Under the pieces are notes generated by a model that saw only the letters and a program-made list of their open reading frames with translations, did not search any database and was not told the origin of the DNA. A stretch of 61,878 nucleotides of DNA, the filler included. It is 8 parts of 8 records of this genome, joined end to end, with 100 filler letters (N's around TTAATTAATTAA, not from the genome) between each part and the next. Parts side by side here need not be neighbours in the genome. Positions count along the whole stretch, not along the records: positions 1 to 13,339 come from SRR20825010_3356; positions 13,440 to 17,662 come from SRR20825010_3364; positions 17,763 to 21,218 come from SRR20825010_3376; 5 more parts are not named here. One strand, 5' to 3'. The position numbers and the translations under genes are program-made. Below are positions 10,314-20,040 of the stretch, in pieces. The stretch's first letter is position 1, and the number at the start of each line of letters is the position of its first letter.

Positions 10314-10447
10314 AAGTTCAAAGTTTAAACGCGGATCAGGTTGCCTGTGTTTGCCATCCCCTGCCCGCGCTTAACGGTAATGGCGCGGGCAGGGCCTCTT
10401 CAAACCCGAGGCCTTCTTCCGCGCTTTTCAACTTTAAACTTTCAACT
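10308..10447. repeat. large nested hairpin with (AGTTBAA)3 heptamer arms
   Basis: agttgaa-agttcaa-agtttaa-acgcgg pairs with ccgcgc-tt-ttcaact-ttaaact-ttcaact; inner ccctgcccgcgc/gcgcgggcaggg stem. Confidence 0.85.
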
Positions 10448-10458
10448 TGCTCCTGCTT

Positions 10459-11562
10459 CTACGCCACCTGACTCTGATCCCGACCGCTGGACTTCGCCTT
10501 GTACAAGCCCTGATCGGCCCGGTTAAGCAGCTCATCCACACTTTCGCCATCCTGATACGCCGCCACCCCCACGGACAAGCTCACCGTCGCCGGGCCGCCC
10601 TGGGCATCGAAACGCTGCTCACGCCAGCGCTGACGCAGACGTTCAGCTACCAACAGGGCGCCGTGGGCATCACTTTGCGGCAACACCAACAGAAACTCTT
10701 CCCCGCCCAGGCGGCCAAAGTAGTCACCATCACGCATGCCCGATAACGCCAGCTCGGAAAACTGGCGCAGTACCCGGTCGCCCCAGTCATGACCGTGCCG
10801 GTCGTTGATTTTCTTGAAGTGATCCAGGTCCACGTAGCACACGGCAAATGGCACCCCCTTGCCGTCAGACAGAGCACGCTGGCGCTCCAGAATGTCCAGC
10901 AAGTGGCGACGATTAAACAACCCCGTGAGATCATCACGGATGGCCATTTCCCGCACCTTCCCCACCGCATTGGCCAACTCACGGTTTTTTTCTGCCAGCG
11001 CATTCCGCAGGCGATTTACGCCCCCACCGGTAACCGCAAAGCTGACCGAAATCATGGCGAACACCAGCCATTGCAACAACTCCACCGACAGGCTCAACTG
11101 CACCCAGCGATCCATCAGTGCCACCCACAACATCAGCGCATAGGCCGCACTGGCCAGAAACGCCACCGCAATCATCACCTTGCCACTGAGGCGGAACGAC
11201 ACCATCAATAACGCCGCAAAAAACAGGGTCACCACACTGAGTCGAAACTCATCCACGTAATACCCCGACACCATGAACACCCCGGTGAAATACAGAATCA
11301 ACGGCAGTGACAGGCTGGGCTCACGAAGACTCAAGGTAACACCCGTTGCCATCAGCAGCTGGTACGCCAACAGGGAAACCCAGATCAGCGACACCAGCAC
11401 CAGCGCTTCCGGCAGCGCGATATGCATATAGCCCAGTTGAAAATAGACCACACAAAGCAAGGTATGCATCGCCATGATCGCCATGGCCGAACGGCTATGA
11501 CGTTGCATCAGGCGCTTTTCACTCAGCGTCAGTTTTTCTGCCTGGTGGAGATCCTGATTCAT
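10459..11562 (-). CDS. membrane diguanylate cyclase (multi-TM + GGDEF)
   Basis: About 5-6 TM helices, DDLTGLFNRR, DLDHFK, RDGD I-site and GGEEF. Confidence 0.93.
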   Translation of the reverse strand: MNQDLHQAEKLTLSEKRLMQRHSRSAMAIMAMHTLLCVVYFQLGYMHIALPEALVLVSLIWVSLLAYQLLMATGVTLSLREPSLSLPLILYFTGVFMVSGYYVDEFRLSVVTLFFAALLMVSFRLSGKVMIAVAFLASAAYALMLWVALMDRWVQLSLSVELLQWLVFAMISVSFAVTGGGVNRLRNALAEKNRELANAVGKVREMAIRDDLTGLFNRRHLLDILERQRALSDGKGVPFAVCYVDLDHFKKINDRHGHDWGDRVLRQFSELALSGMRDGDYFGRLGGEEFLLVLPQSDAHGALLVAERLRQRWREQRFDAQGGPATVSLSVGVAAYQDGESVDELLNRADQGLYKAKSSGRDQSQVA

Positions 11563-12662
11563 TCCTGCTCCCCGACAATCAATCTATCGCGCCCTGCTTC
11601 CTTGGCCCGGTACAGCGCCTGATCCGCCCGCCTGATCAACTGCGCAGGCGTTTCGCCATGATTCAGCATGGCCAGCCCCCCGGAAACCGTGACCATCAAC
11701 CCGGGCGCATCCTTGAACCGCTGACTGCGCATGCCCATCAGGATGCCCTCCACCAGATTACGAGCCTCCTGCGGATCACTCACCGGCAACACCAGCATGA
11801 ACTCCTCTCCGCCCAGACGCGCAGCGAAATCCTGATTGGTCAGGTGGCGCTGTGTCACATCCGCAAAGCGCTGCAGCACCAGGTCGCCCATGCGATGGCC
11901 ATACTGATCGTTGGTTTTTTTGAAATGGTCCAGATCCAGGTACACCACCCCCAATTGATAGGCACCGCGAGCGGATTGCCCACACGCCTTGCTCAGCAGT
12001 TCCATGGCATGGCGGCGGCGGTAAAAACCGGTCAGCTCGTCTTTCACCGCCATGTCGTGAATGCGCTCAACAATTTGCCCCAGTTGCTGATTACGCCTCC
12101 CCAGCTGGAAGCGGATGGTGGAAATTTCTGATGCCACCAGCATGGCCGCCAGCACCATGACACTGAACAGGCCCCACTGGATCCACTCGCCGCGAACATC
12201 CACCACTTCCGGCCAGTACACACAGACAACCCCCAGCACCACCGCGTAACCCAGCACGCAATACCCGGCCAGGGCGAGGAACTGCCGTAGCGACGCCTGC
12301 AGTACCCCCATCTGAACAATGGCAAAGAAAATCAGCATGATGCACAGACGCACCTGATCGACGACCAGGGCAGTCACCAGCAGCCCGGTGGTGGACCAGA
12401 CCATCAACGGCATAATCATGGAAGGTTCGGATAGCCGGCGGTTCAACCCCACCAGCATGAACAGAATAAACAGCAGATGCCCGGCCCAAAGGCCGGCAAA
12501 AAGCGTATAGAAAAGAATCTCGCCACCGCGGAAGAAATCCAGCTGCAAGGCAATCCAGCAAAGTAGCGTATGCGCACCACCTCCCGCCAGGATAGCGAAT
12601 AGCACGCGACGTAGCCGTTGCGACTGCAAGGCCACAGGGTGGAGCGGTAACGTTTGATCCAT
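11559..12662 (-). CDS. membrane diguanylate cyclase paralog (multi-TM + GGDEF, no RxxD I-site)
   Basis: DELTGFYRRR, DLDHFK and GGEEF; ATGA overlap with the downstream paralog. Start uncertain (12662 vs 12707). Confidence 0.9.
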   Translation of the reverse strand: MDQTLPLHPVALQSQRLRRVLFAILAGGGAHTLLCWIALQLDFFRGGEILFYTLFAGLWAGHLLFILFMLVGLNRRLSEPSMIMPLMVWSTTGLLVTALVVDQVRLCIMLIFFAIVQMGVLQASLRQFLALAGYCVLGYAVVLGVVCVYWPEVVDVRGEWIQWGLFSVMVLAAMLVASEISTIRFQLGRRNQQLGQIVERIHDMAVKDELTGFYRRRHAMELLSKACGQSARGAYQLGVVYLDLDHFKKTNDQYGHRMGDLVLQRFADVTQRHLTNQDFAARLGGEEFMLVLPVSDPQEARNLVEGILMGMRSQRFKDAPGLMVTVSGGLAMLNHGETPAQLIRRADQALYRAKEAGRDRLIVGEQE

Positions 12663-12724
12663 GCGGATTCCCGATTCGGTGCGCCCCTCTCCCACTAGCA
12701 ACCGCACCCACTGATAGCAAATTA

Positions 12725-12751
12725 GTATTAATATTGAACCAATAGTAATAC
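12725..12751. promoter_or_regulatory. palindromic operator candidate upstream of the DGC pair
   Basis: GTATTAATATTG-aac-CAATAGTAATAC, 11/12 inverted match in an AT-rich promoter region. Confidence 0.5.
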
Positions 12752-12861
12752 CAAGTGCCTACTCCGTCACAGTTTGACCATCCCCTAAACCGAACCGCTC
12801 ATCGTTGTAAAACGCATTTTACCGCAGGCAAAACCCCTGATTTTTATGCCATTTACTGTTC

Positions 12862-13339
12862 TCAGGCACCCGGCGAAGCCTGGCAGACCCGAGCGACCGC
12901 ATCACGCCAGCCCTGATAGCGTTTCTGGCGCTCCGGCTCATCCAGTTGAGGGGAAAACTCCCGTTCACAACGCCATTGCTCAGCCACGGCATCCAGTGAT
13001 GGATATAGCCCGACCCCCAGGCCCGCCAGATACGCTGCGCCGAGAGCCGTGGTTTCGGTTACCACCGGACGGTCCACACAGACGCCCAGCACATCCGACA
13101 GCGTCTGGCTGAGCCAGTTGTTCACCACCATTCCCCCATCCACCCGCAGGGTGGTGGGCCGGGTACCACAATCCGCCGCCATGGCATCGAGAAGATCCCG
13201 GGACTGATAGCACACCGCTTCCAGTCCCGCCGTTACCACCTCCGCAATCCCGGTGTCGCGGGTCAGCCCCGTCAAGGCTCCCCGGGCATGGGGGTCCCAC
13301 CAGGGCGCCCCCAGACCGGTAAAGGCCGGCACCAGGTAC
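12862..13339 (-). CDS. glpK: glycerol kinase, C-terminal part (truncated by contig end)
   Basis: [21 protein letters not shown] and ETTALGAA. Confidence 0.92.
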
Positions 13340-13439
13340 NNNNNNNNNNNNNNNNNNNNNNNNNNNNNNNNNNNNNNNNNNNNTTAATTAATTAANNNNN
13401 NNNNNNNNNNNNNNNNNNNNNNNNNNNNNNNNNNNNNNN
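13340..13439. other. artificial contig linker
   Basis: N44-TTAATTAATTAA-N44, with stops in all six frames. Confidence 0.99.
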
Positions 13440-13475
13440 TAAATCTGGTGCGTCTACCAATTTCGCCACGCCCGC
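13440..13475 (-). tRNA. tRNA-Leu, 5' half (probably anticodon TAG; cut in the anticodon loop)
   Basis: Minus strand GCGGGCGTGGCGAAATTGGTAGACGCACCAGATTTA gives acceptor, D arm and anticodon stem; lies downstream of nnr as is usual in alphaproteobacteria. Confidence 0.88.
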
Positions 13476-13626
13476 CAGACCGAAGCACGGCGTAAGTATG
13501 CCGTCCAGCCGCTATCAAAAGTGGCGCACTCTATACCAAGGGCTTGGAGCGAATACCAGCGAAACACAGCGGGAAAACGGTCTGAAGGCACCTGAAATGC
13601 TATTGATGTGCCTCAAATTGCCAAAA

Positions 13627-15138
13627 TCAGCGCTGAATGCCCAAAAGACCACGCCAAACGCTGGGTAATGCCTCGGGTAAATCTTCAGCAATGAGGCCCA
13701 CGCCACAGGCCGCACCAGCTGCGCCATGCAGCCACACCCCCATGGCAGCCGCCTCGAAGGCAGGCACACCCTGCACCAGCAGGCCCAGAATGATGCCTGC
13801 CAGCACATCGCCGCTGCCAGCAGTGGCAAGCTCCGGCCCGCCATTGGAATTAATGACCGCATCGCCATCGGGAGACGCAATGATTGTGTCCGGCCCTTTG
13901 AGGACAATAACAGCCCCTGCCTCGCGGGCCGCCTCACGCGCACGGGCAAGCTTGTCGCCGCGAACATTGGGAAAGAGCCGCTTGAACTCGCCCTCATGCG
14001 GGGTGAGCACCGTGGGGCCTGCAAAATAGCCGGTTATGGCAACGAAGAGATCGCGCGGGTTATCGGCAAAGGAAGTCAGCGCATCGGCGTCCAGCACCAT
14101 GGCAGCGCCCGACAACAAAGCGGCCAGCACATTCTCGCGCGTGCCCTGCCCCACACCGTTGCCCGGCCCGATGAGGCAAGCATTCTTGCGTTTGTCTTCC
14201 AGCAGCTTCGACAACGTATCCGCATTGGCACAGGGCGTCAGCATGATGGAGGTGAGGTGCGAGGCATTCACCATGAGCGCATTGGGCGGCGAGGCCAGCG
14301 TGACAAGCCCAGCACCCGCCCGCGCCGCACCACGGGCGGCAAGCCGCGCGGCGCCTGTGCTGGACGGACCACCGGAGACAACGAGCGCATGGCCGCGCAC
14401 ATATTTGTGCGTCTCGATATTGGGGCGCGGAAGAAGATGGCCCCACAGAGCGGGACCGTTCTCAAAGACAGTTGGAACAAGCTCGGTGAGCACGTCCTCG
14501 TCGATACCAATATCAGCCAGCACGATTTCACCGCAGAGAAGACGCCCCGGCAAAAGAAGGTGGCCTGGCTTCTTGCGAAAGAATGTGACTGTGAGGTCTG
14601 CCTGAAAGGAAAGATTGCGCACCGCACCTGTGTCGCCTGACAGGCCGGTTGGCACATCGACAGAGACGATAGTCGGACGCCGCGAGAGAGGCAGATGATT
14701 TATGCGCCGGATGAGATCGGCAGCAACGCCAGATATATCGCGCGACAGACCCGCGCCGAATAGCGCATCAATGATGAAGAGAGCGCCCTCGCCTGCATCA
14801 GCGGTGAGCGGCTCGACGGGACCGTCCCATAATTCGGCGGCACCGGCGGCATCGCCCTTGAGCGCAGATAATTCACCAAGCAGGTGGACAGTGACCGACC
14901 AGCCCATCTCGCGCAGCAGGCGCGCGGCGACAAAGCCGTCGCCGCCATTATTGCCGGGCCCGCACAGCACATCAATCGGCCCTTGCGGGAAACGCGCGGC
15001 ACAAGACTCGGCGACCGCACGACCGGCGGCCTCCATCAGCACAAGCCCCGGCACGCCGCGCGCAATGGCGGCGGCATCGGCGCGGGACATTTCAGCAGAG
15101 GTGAGAAGCGCTGTGGGCGCGGTGGTGGATGTGGCCAT
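13627..15138 (-). CDS. nnr: bifunctional NAD(P)H-hydrate epimerase/dehydratase (YjeF)
   Basis: LMEAAG, GPGNNGGDG, DALFGAG, HKYVRGH, DADAL, LTPHEGEF and ATAGSGDVLAG. Confidence 0.95.
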   Translation of the reverse strand: MATSTTAPTALLTSAEMSRADAAAIARGVPGLVLMEAAGRAVAESCAARFPQGPIDVLCGPGNNGGDGFVAARLLREMGWSVTVHLLGELSALKGDAAGAAELWDGPVEPLTADAGEGALFIIDALFGAGLSRDISGVAADLIRRINHLPLSRRPTIVSVDVPTGLSGDTGAVRNLSFQADLTVTFFRKKPGHLLLPGRLLCGEIVLADIGIDEDVLTELVPTVFENGPALWGHLLPRPNIETHKYVRGHALVVSGGPSSTGAARLAARGAARAGAGLVTLASPPNALMVNASHLTSIMLTPCANADTLSKLLEDKRKNACLIGPGNGVGQGTRENVLAALLSGAAMVLDADALTSFADNPRDLFVAITGYFAGPTVLTPHEGEFKRLFPNVRGDKLARAREAAREAGAVIVLKGPDTIIASPDGDAVINSNGGPELATAGSGDVLAGIILGLLVQGVPAFEAAAMGVWLHGAAGAACGVGLIAEDLPEALPSVWRGLLGIQR

Positions 15139-15181
15139 GAGGGGCATCATAGCGATGCTGCGGCATGGAGAAAGCAACAAT

Positions 15182-16309
15182 CTACAGGTCGAAGAGCCGT
15201 TCTCGAATTTCAGCGCAAGCACCATCCAAACCTGGGAATAACGACCCACCAGTAATTCCCATTGTGCTCAACTCACGCATTACCAACCGTCTGTCTGAAA
15301 TCGGTAAATCCACCATAGTCAAATAGCTTTTCCCGTTCTTTCTCTCCAGCCCGCGTATATAACTTTCGATGTCATCGACATTGGTTACGCTCGAAATCGC
15401 TTGTTGGGGAATCATGCGCTCATTGTCGATTGCGCTAAATTCCATTATTGAAAAATGCGGCCCTACCGGGGTTAGCATTTGCAACTGGGGGAAGTCGGCG
15501 CACCATTGTTTTTGGTCAAACACAAACAAACGAACCCGATCACCATTTCCTCTTTCTTCAGCGCGCGCTTTTGTAATGCCGCTATACGCGAAGTAAATTG
15601 CAACAAATGGCGAATGCGTCCAATCCAACAACGGTGTTGGGTAGCCATGATGCTGCACCAAATTCATAAATGCACCATTCTCAATTGGACGATCCAGATC
15701 AAACACGTGACGCGTACGAACGCTCAAGCTCCGATGAAGAGACTGAATATCATCGGACAAAAATTTATTCAGATTTGCGCGCCCCGTCCGATGGAAATTA
15801 GTTCGCAGGCGCCAAGGGTGACTCTGTCCACGGAATATAAATCTTCTAAAATCGAGAGACGAAGCATAGTCCCGAAACTCGCCCCAACTCATCTTCCTCG
15901 CTGTATACTCTGATATCCGTGTCGCATTACTGCGAGGGAGTATTGCAGCGCTACCGGTACCAATTTCTGTACTCCAACTAACATTCAAAGCATCAGCAAC
16001 CAGCAACAATTCCACTTCCGCTGTCGATGGATAGATGACGTCAGGAAAATTTTCTCTAAGTACTTCAAGAGTTGTTGCTCGCCCGGTCAAGGGGTCGAGA
16101 GGCAATATATCTGCTCTGCACTTTGCTGGAAGAGATTTATCCGACGTTCGAAAAAAAGCAATGGACGGCGGCAACTCACTGTCCGAATCTGCAAGCCGAG
16201 CAACTCCCGAATAGAAATCTCCAAGATCATCTATATCAACAACAATCGTTCCACTGTTGGTGCCTGAATACGACCCTACCCATTGTCCATTTAGAAGTTT
16301 CATATCCAT
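15182..16309 (-). CDS. FRG domain protein with N-terminal beta-rich domain
   Basis: FIFRGQ, QHHGYPTPLLDWT.SPFVA.YFA, NERMIPQQA and MGITGGSLFPGLDG; visibly AT-richer than flanking genes. Confidence 0.88.
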   Translation of the reverse strand: MDMKLLNGQWVGSYSGTNSGTIVVDIDDLGDFYSGVARLADSDSELPPSIAFFRTSDKSLPAKCRADILPLDPLTGRATTLEVLRENFPDVIYPSTAEVELLLVADALNVSWSTEIGTGSAAILPRSNATRISEYTARKMSWGEFRDYASSLDFRRFIFRGQSHPWRLRTNFHRTGRANLNKFLSDDIQSLHRSLSVRTRHVFDLDRPIENGAFMNLVQHHGYPTPLLDWTHSPFVAIYFAYSGITKARAEERGNGDRVRLFVFDQKQWCADFPQLQMLTPVGPHFSIMEFSAIDNERMIPQQAISSVTNVDDIESYIRGLERKNGKSYLTMVDLPISDRRLVMRELSTMGITGGSLFPGLDGACAEIRERLFDL

Positions 16310-16476
16310 TGTCCGTTCACAAATACAGTCAAATCGATGGCAACTCGATAGTGGTATAAGACGTAGGTGGCCGGATCAAGTTAGGCCATGTCGGGATGAA
16401 GATGAGTCCTTGGACAAAACTCCGAGACGACACAGATACATTTTTCAAGCTGCTTGGACGAATGAAGCTATGAAGG

Positions 16477-16533
16477 CCCTCACCCTCCGCGCATTTACAT
16501 GCGCTCCTCCCTCTTCCGCTTTGCGGGAGAGGG
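16477..16533. repeat. REP-like palindromic element (CCCTCACCC...CCCTCT.CC...GGGAGAGGG type)
   Basis: ccctcaccc-...gcgcat-ttac-atgcgc-...ccctcttccgc-ttt-gcgggagaggg, two hairpins. Confidence 0.65.
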
Positions 16534-16551
16534 TTTTAGGGACAGGGTTCT

Positions 16552-17662
16552 TTACTGCTGTGCTTCGGCGGCCCGTACCTGCGAGATGGCTTCGCCGCGT
16601 TGGCGGATTTCGGGGATGCGGAAGGTGACGGTTTCGATTTTACCGCCATAGGTGAAGGGTTCGCGATAGGCGTTGGAGACGGGTGCGTAGCTGTGGCCGA
16701 TATCCATGCCGATGCTCGAAATCATAAAGAGCAGGACCGGAATGGAGCCGGTGGCAACTTCGCGATCATCCACTAACAGAGCAGCATCTCCACCGCCATC
16801 GGCGCGGCGTGTGACTTTTACGCCGATGATGTGATGACCGACGGACAGAGGCTCAGTGCCTGAGAGCAATGTGTGATCGTGGAAGCCGTTATAATCGAAA
16901 TGCGGTTTGCCATCCTTGATGTAGAGGACAAAGCCGCTATTGAGACTGCCACGGGCGATCAGCGCACCATCGCCATTTGCTTCAGGGTGTACCAAATCCA
17001 CAGCCATTTTCCAGCCGCGGGCGACAGGCGGACAGCCATCCGCCACGATGTGGGAGATGGGTGGACGATAGGTGAAATGGGTGCGCGTGGTGGGCATGCC
17101 CGGACGACGCGAGGCGGCAAAGAGCGCGAAGGCAGCGCGGTCATCCAACGGCAGGACGCCTTTGTCTTCGGCTTCCTTCCACCAGAGATCGACAAGCTCT
17201 TTTACGCGGGCGGGTTCGGCCTCGGAGAGATCATTGAACTCGGAGAAATCGCTTTCCAGATTATAGAGCTCCCATTTGTCATCATCAAAAGGCTTGCCGC
17301 CTTCGTGATGGGTGACGGCCTTCCAGCCGTCTTTCCAAATGCCGCGATGGCCGAGCATCTCAAAATATTGCGGGCCACGAGCAAGTTTTGCGGCGGGATC
17401 GTTCAGCACCGGCTTGAGGCTGACGCCGTGAATGGGCATTTGCGGGACACCGCCGACGATTTCGGGCTGGGCGATACCGACCACATCGAGCACGGTGGGT
17501 GTGATGTCGATGGCATGGCAGAACTGCGACCGGATACTGCCCGTAGCGGCAATCTTGCTCGGGAAATGCATGATGAGCGGATCGCGCACGCCGCCGCCAT
17601 GTGTGTTCTGCTTGTACCATTTGAGCGGCGTGTTGCCCGCCTGCGCCCAGCCCCAGGGAATG
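16552..17662 (-). CDS. arylsulfatase, C-terminal part (truncated by contig end)
   Basis: IPWGWAQAGNTPLKWYKQNTHGGGVRDP, QYFEMLGHRGIW, WELYNL..DFSE..DL and a LamG-like C-terminus. Confidence 0.92.
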
Positions 17663-17762
17663 NNNNNNNNNNNNNNNNNNNNNNNNNNNNNNNNNNNNNN
17701 NNNNNNTTAATTAATTAANNNNNNNNNNNNNNNNNNNNNNNNNNNNNNNNNNNNNNNNNNNN
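17663..17762. other. artificial contig linker
   Basis: N44-TTAATTAATTAA-N44. Confidence 0.99.
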
Positions 17763-18611
17763 GTCACCACCTGGACGTGGTACAAAGACGAATGGCATGA
17801 AGGCAACCCCAACATCATGGGCCCGCAAACCCATGGTGTGTGGATGGCCTCGACCGTCTTTGATGGTGCACGCCGCATGAATGGCAAGATGCCCGATCTT
17901 TATCCCCATTGCGCACGTGTGCTGCGATCGGCTGAATTGATGGGCCTGAAACCGGCCATAACCACCGATGAAATCGTGGCACTGGTCAAAGAAGGTGTCA
18001 CCAAATTCGACCCTGAACTGGCCCTTTATATCAAACCGATTGTCTATGGTGGCGAAGGCTTCCTCGCACCCGTTCCCGAAAGTGCGCAGTTCGTTTTATG
18101 CATTTCAGTAACCGAAATGCCCGCAGCCGTTCAAACCGGGTTTAGTGCGCGCAAATCAAGTTTCCGCCGCCCGTCGCCTGAAAGTGCCCCGACCGAGGCC
18201 AAGGCAGCCTGCCTGTATCCCAATGTCGGCCGTGCCGTGACCGAAGCAACCAGTTCCGGCTTTGATACCGGCGTGATGCTTGATCCGATTGGCAATGTCG
18301 CCGAGTTTTCCTATGCTAATCTGTTCTTTGCCAAGGGCGGCACAGTCTATACCCCGGCGATCAATGGTACGTTCCTAAACGGCCTGACCCGGCAGCGCGT
18401 CATCACCCTGCTGCGCGAAGACGGTGTCGAGGTGGTCGAGAAAACCTGCAAATACGAAGAACTTGAAACCGCCGATGAAATCTTTGGGACGGGCAATTAT
18501 TACAAGGTCGCCCCTTGCGTCAAACTTGATGAGCGCAACCTTCAACCCGGCCCGATCACGCGGCGCACACAAGAGCTTTATCAGGCCTTTACAGCCGCCA
18601 GCAAAGACTGA
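17763..18611 (+). CDS. branched-chain amino acid aminotransferase-like (PLP class IV), 5' truncated
   Basis: Open from the contig start; VFDGAR, EAKAACLYPN, GNVAE and NGTFLNGLTRQRVI. Confidence 0.92.
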   Translation, partial: VTTWTWYKDEWHEGNPNIMGPQTHGVWMASTVFDGARRMNGKMPDLYPHCARVLRSAELMGLKPAITTDEIVALVKEGVTKFDPELALYIKPIVYGGEGFLAPVPESAQFVLCISVTEMPAAVQTGFSARKSSFRRPSPESAPTEAKAACLYPNVGRAVTEATSSGFDTGVMLDPIGNVAEFSYANLFFAKGGTVYTPAINGTFLNGLTRQRVITLLREDGVEVVEKTCKYEELETADEIFGTGNYYKVAPCVKLDERNLQPGPITRRTQELYQAFTAASKD

Positions 18612-18632
18612 TCAACACATCATTTAAAATGC

Positions 18633-18662
18633 AAAACGGGCCGGAAATTCCGACCCGTTTTT
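18633..18662. terminator. bidirectional intrinsic terminator
   Basis: aaaacgggccggaa-a-ttccgacccgttttt between convergent genes. Confidence 0.8.
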
Positions 18663-18684
18663 GGTTTCGGCATCTGTAAAAAGA

Positions 18685-19272
18685 TTACTGTGCCAATGGC
18701 ACCGGCGCGCTGCTGCCCGCGACATAGGGATATTTGGCAAAGATCGATGCGACCGCGGTGCGCATGCTTTCATCCGGGGCTTCGCGGACCGAACTGGTAA
18801 CCCGGCCAACGGCGGTGCCTTCCCAGATCATCTGGTTTGACTGGCGATCAACAAAATCAACACTCAGCGTGCCTTCGGTATAGGTGCTGGTGGTGCCCGG
18901 TTCGACATAGCCCGGCCAACCGACATACATCCCGCCACGATATCCGTAATATCCCCCCATATAGACCGGGGGCGAGGTTTGGGTTTTTTCTTCGGTTTTC
19001 AGATGAAAGTTCACAAGGAAATCCGGATTGTGGATATCAACCCGATAGCCGCGTGCTTCAAGTGCGGTACTGATCGCATCTTCGATACGCTGGCCTGACA
19101 GGGTTGTGTATTTTTCCTCGGCTTCCTTGCCCGCCGTTTCAAAGAAGGCAAAGGTTTGATAGCGGCCAAAATCGGCAGCCGGGTCCGCATCGGTATAGAC
19201 GCGCGGCCCGCTCGCACAGGCCGCCAGCATCCCGACGAGAATGCCCGCAATGGCGGTTTTAATGTTCTGCAT
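18685..19272 (-). CDS. DUF4136-type lipoprotein
   Basis: Lipobox LAAC, DFGRYQTFAF and YTEGTLSVDFVD.....IWEG. Confidence 0.85.
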   Translation of the reverse strand: MQNIKTAIAGILVGMLAACASGPRVYTDADPAADFGRYQTFAFFETAGKEAEEKYTTLSGQRIEDAISTALEARGYRVDIHNPDFLVNFHLKTEEKTQTSPPVYMGGYYGYRGGMYVGWPGYVEPGTTSTYTEGTLSVDFVDRQSNQMIWEGTAVGRVTSSVREAPDESMRTAVASIFAKYPYVAGSSAPVPLAQ

Positions 19273-19425
19273 ATTCTCGATCCTTTGCGATACGCAAAAA
19301 CGGTCTTTGATTATATGACGTTTCGAACGCACAATACCATCACCAGAAATTGACGTCATGATGGCAATTTTAAAGTGCATATCCCATAGCGCTAAAATCA
19401 GCGGTCAGAAACTTGGGGGCAGGAC

Positions 19426-20016
19426 CTAAGCAATTCCAATCAATTGCCGGGTTCGTTTTCGCAGATCCTTGATCTCGTCATCAAGAATGGAACGGTCATT
19501 CATCGAATGGGCCAGAACGATTGCACCTTGCCAGCGGACAATAATCCGCTGTCCTTCTGCCGCCGCATCAAACGCCCCTAATCCGCCTTTGATCAACTGG
19601 TCTGCCAACCAGTTTACAAGCGATTGAAACACCCCCTGCCCGATGTCACGCGCGGGACCAAACGCATTCTCCTTGGGAAGGTCAAGCATCAGTCTTGCCA
19701 ACGGGCAACCGTGGCTAACCCGGCGCGGCGTCATCGCATCAAGATAATCAAAGAAGATCGAAATGCGCTCCCCTGCCGTTCCGTTTGGCGCGATACTTGC
19801 CAAAAGCGGGGCAAACTCGCCCGCCATGGTTTCCATCGCCGCCTGTGCCAGATCGTGTTTTTTGGGGAACCGGTAAAACACGCCACCGGCAGGCAATCCG
19901 GCCTCCTTGGCGACGGTTTGAATGGTGGCGGCATGATATCCATCGCGCCAGATCACATTCATTGCCGCACGCGCCAGCTTCTGACGTTTTTCTTCAGAAC
20001 TGAGTTTGACTGCCAT
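19426..20016 (-). CDS. TetR/AcrR family regulator
   Basis: HTH GYHAATIQTVAKEAGLPAGGVFYRFPKK; GCPL motif. Confidence 0.93.
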   Translation of the reverse strand: MAVKLSSEEKRQKLARAAMNVIWRDGYHAATIQTVAKEAGLPAGGVFYRFPKKHDLAQAAMETMAGEFAPLLASIAPNGTAGERISIFFDYLDAMTPRRVSHGCPLARLMLDLPKENAFGPARDIGQGVFQSLVNWLADQLIKGGLGAFDAAAEGQRIIVRWQGAIVLAHSMNDRSILDDEIKDLRKRTRQLIGIA

Positions 20017-20040
20017 ATCACCATCACCATCACCATCACC
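20017..20040 (-). repeat. hexamer tandem repeat (GGTGAT)4 abutting the TetR start codon
   Basis: Plus strand (ATCACC)4 directly after CAT at 20014-20016. Confidence 0.95.

Noticed and set aside
13384-13395. TTAATTAATTAA motif recurring seven times
   Set aside because: Always centred in N runs, so it is an artificial linker. ORFs running into X residues are artefacts.
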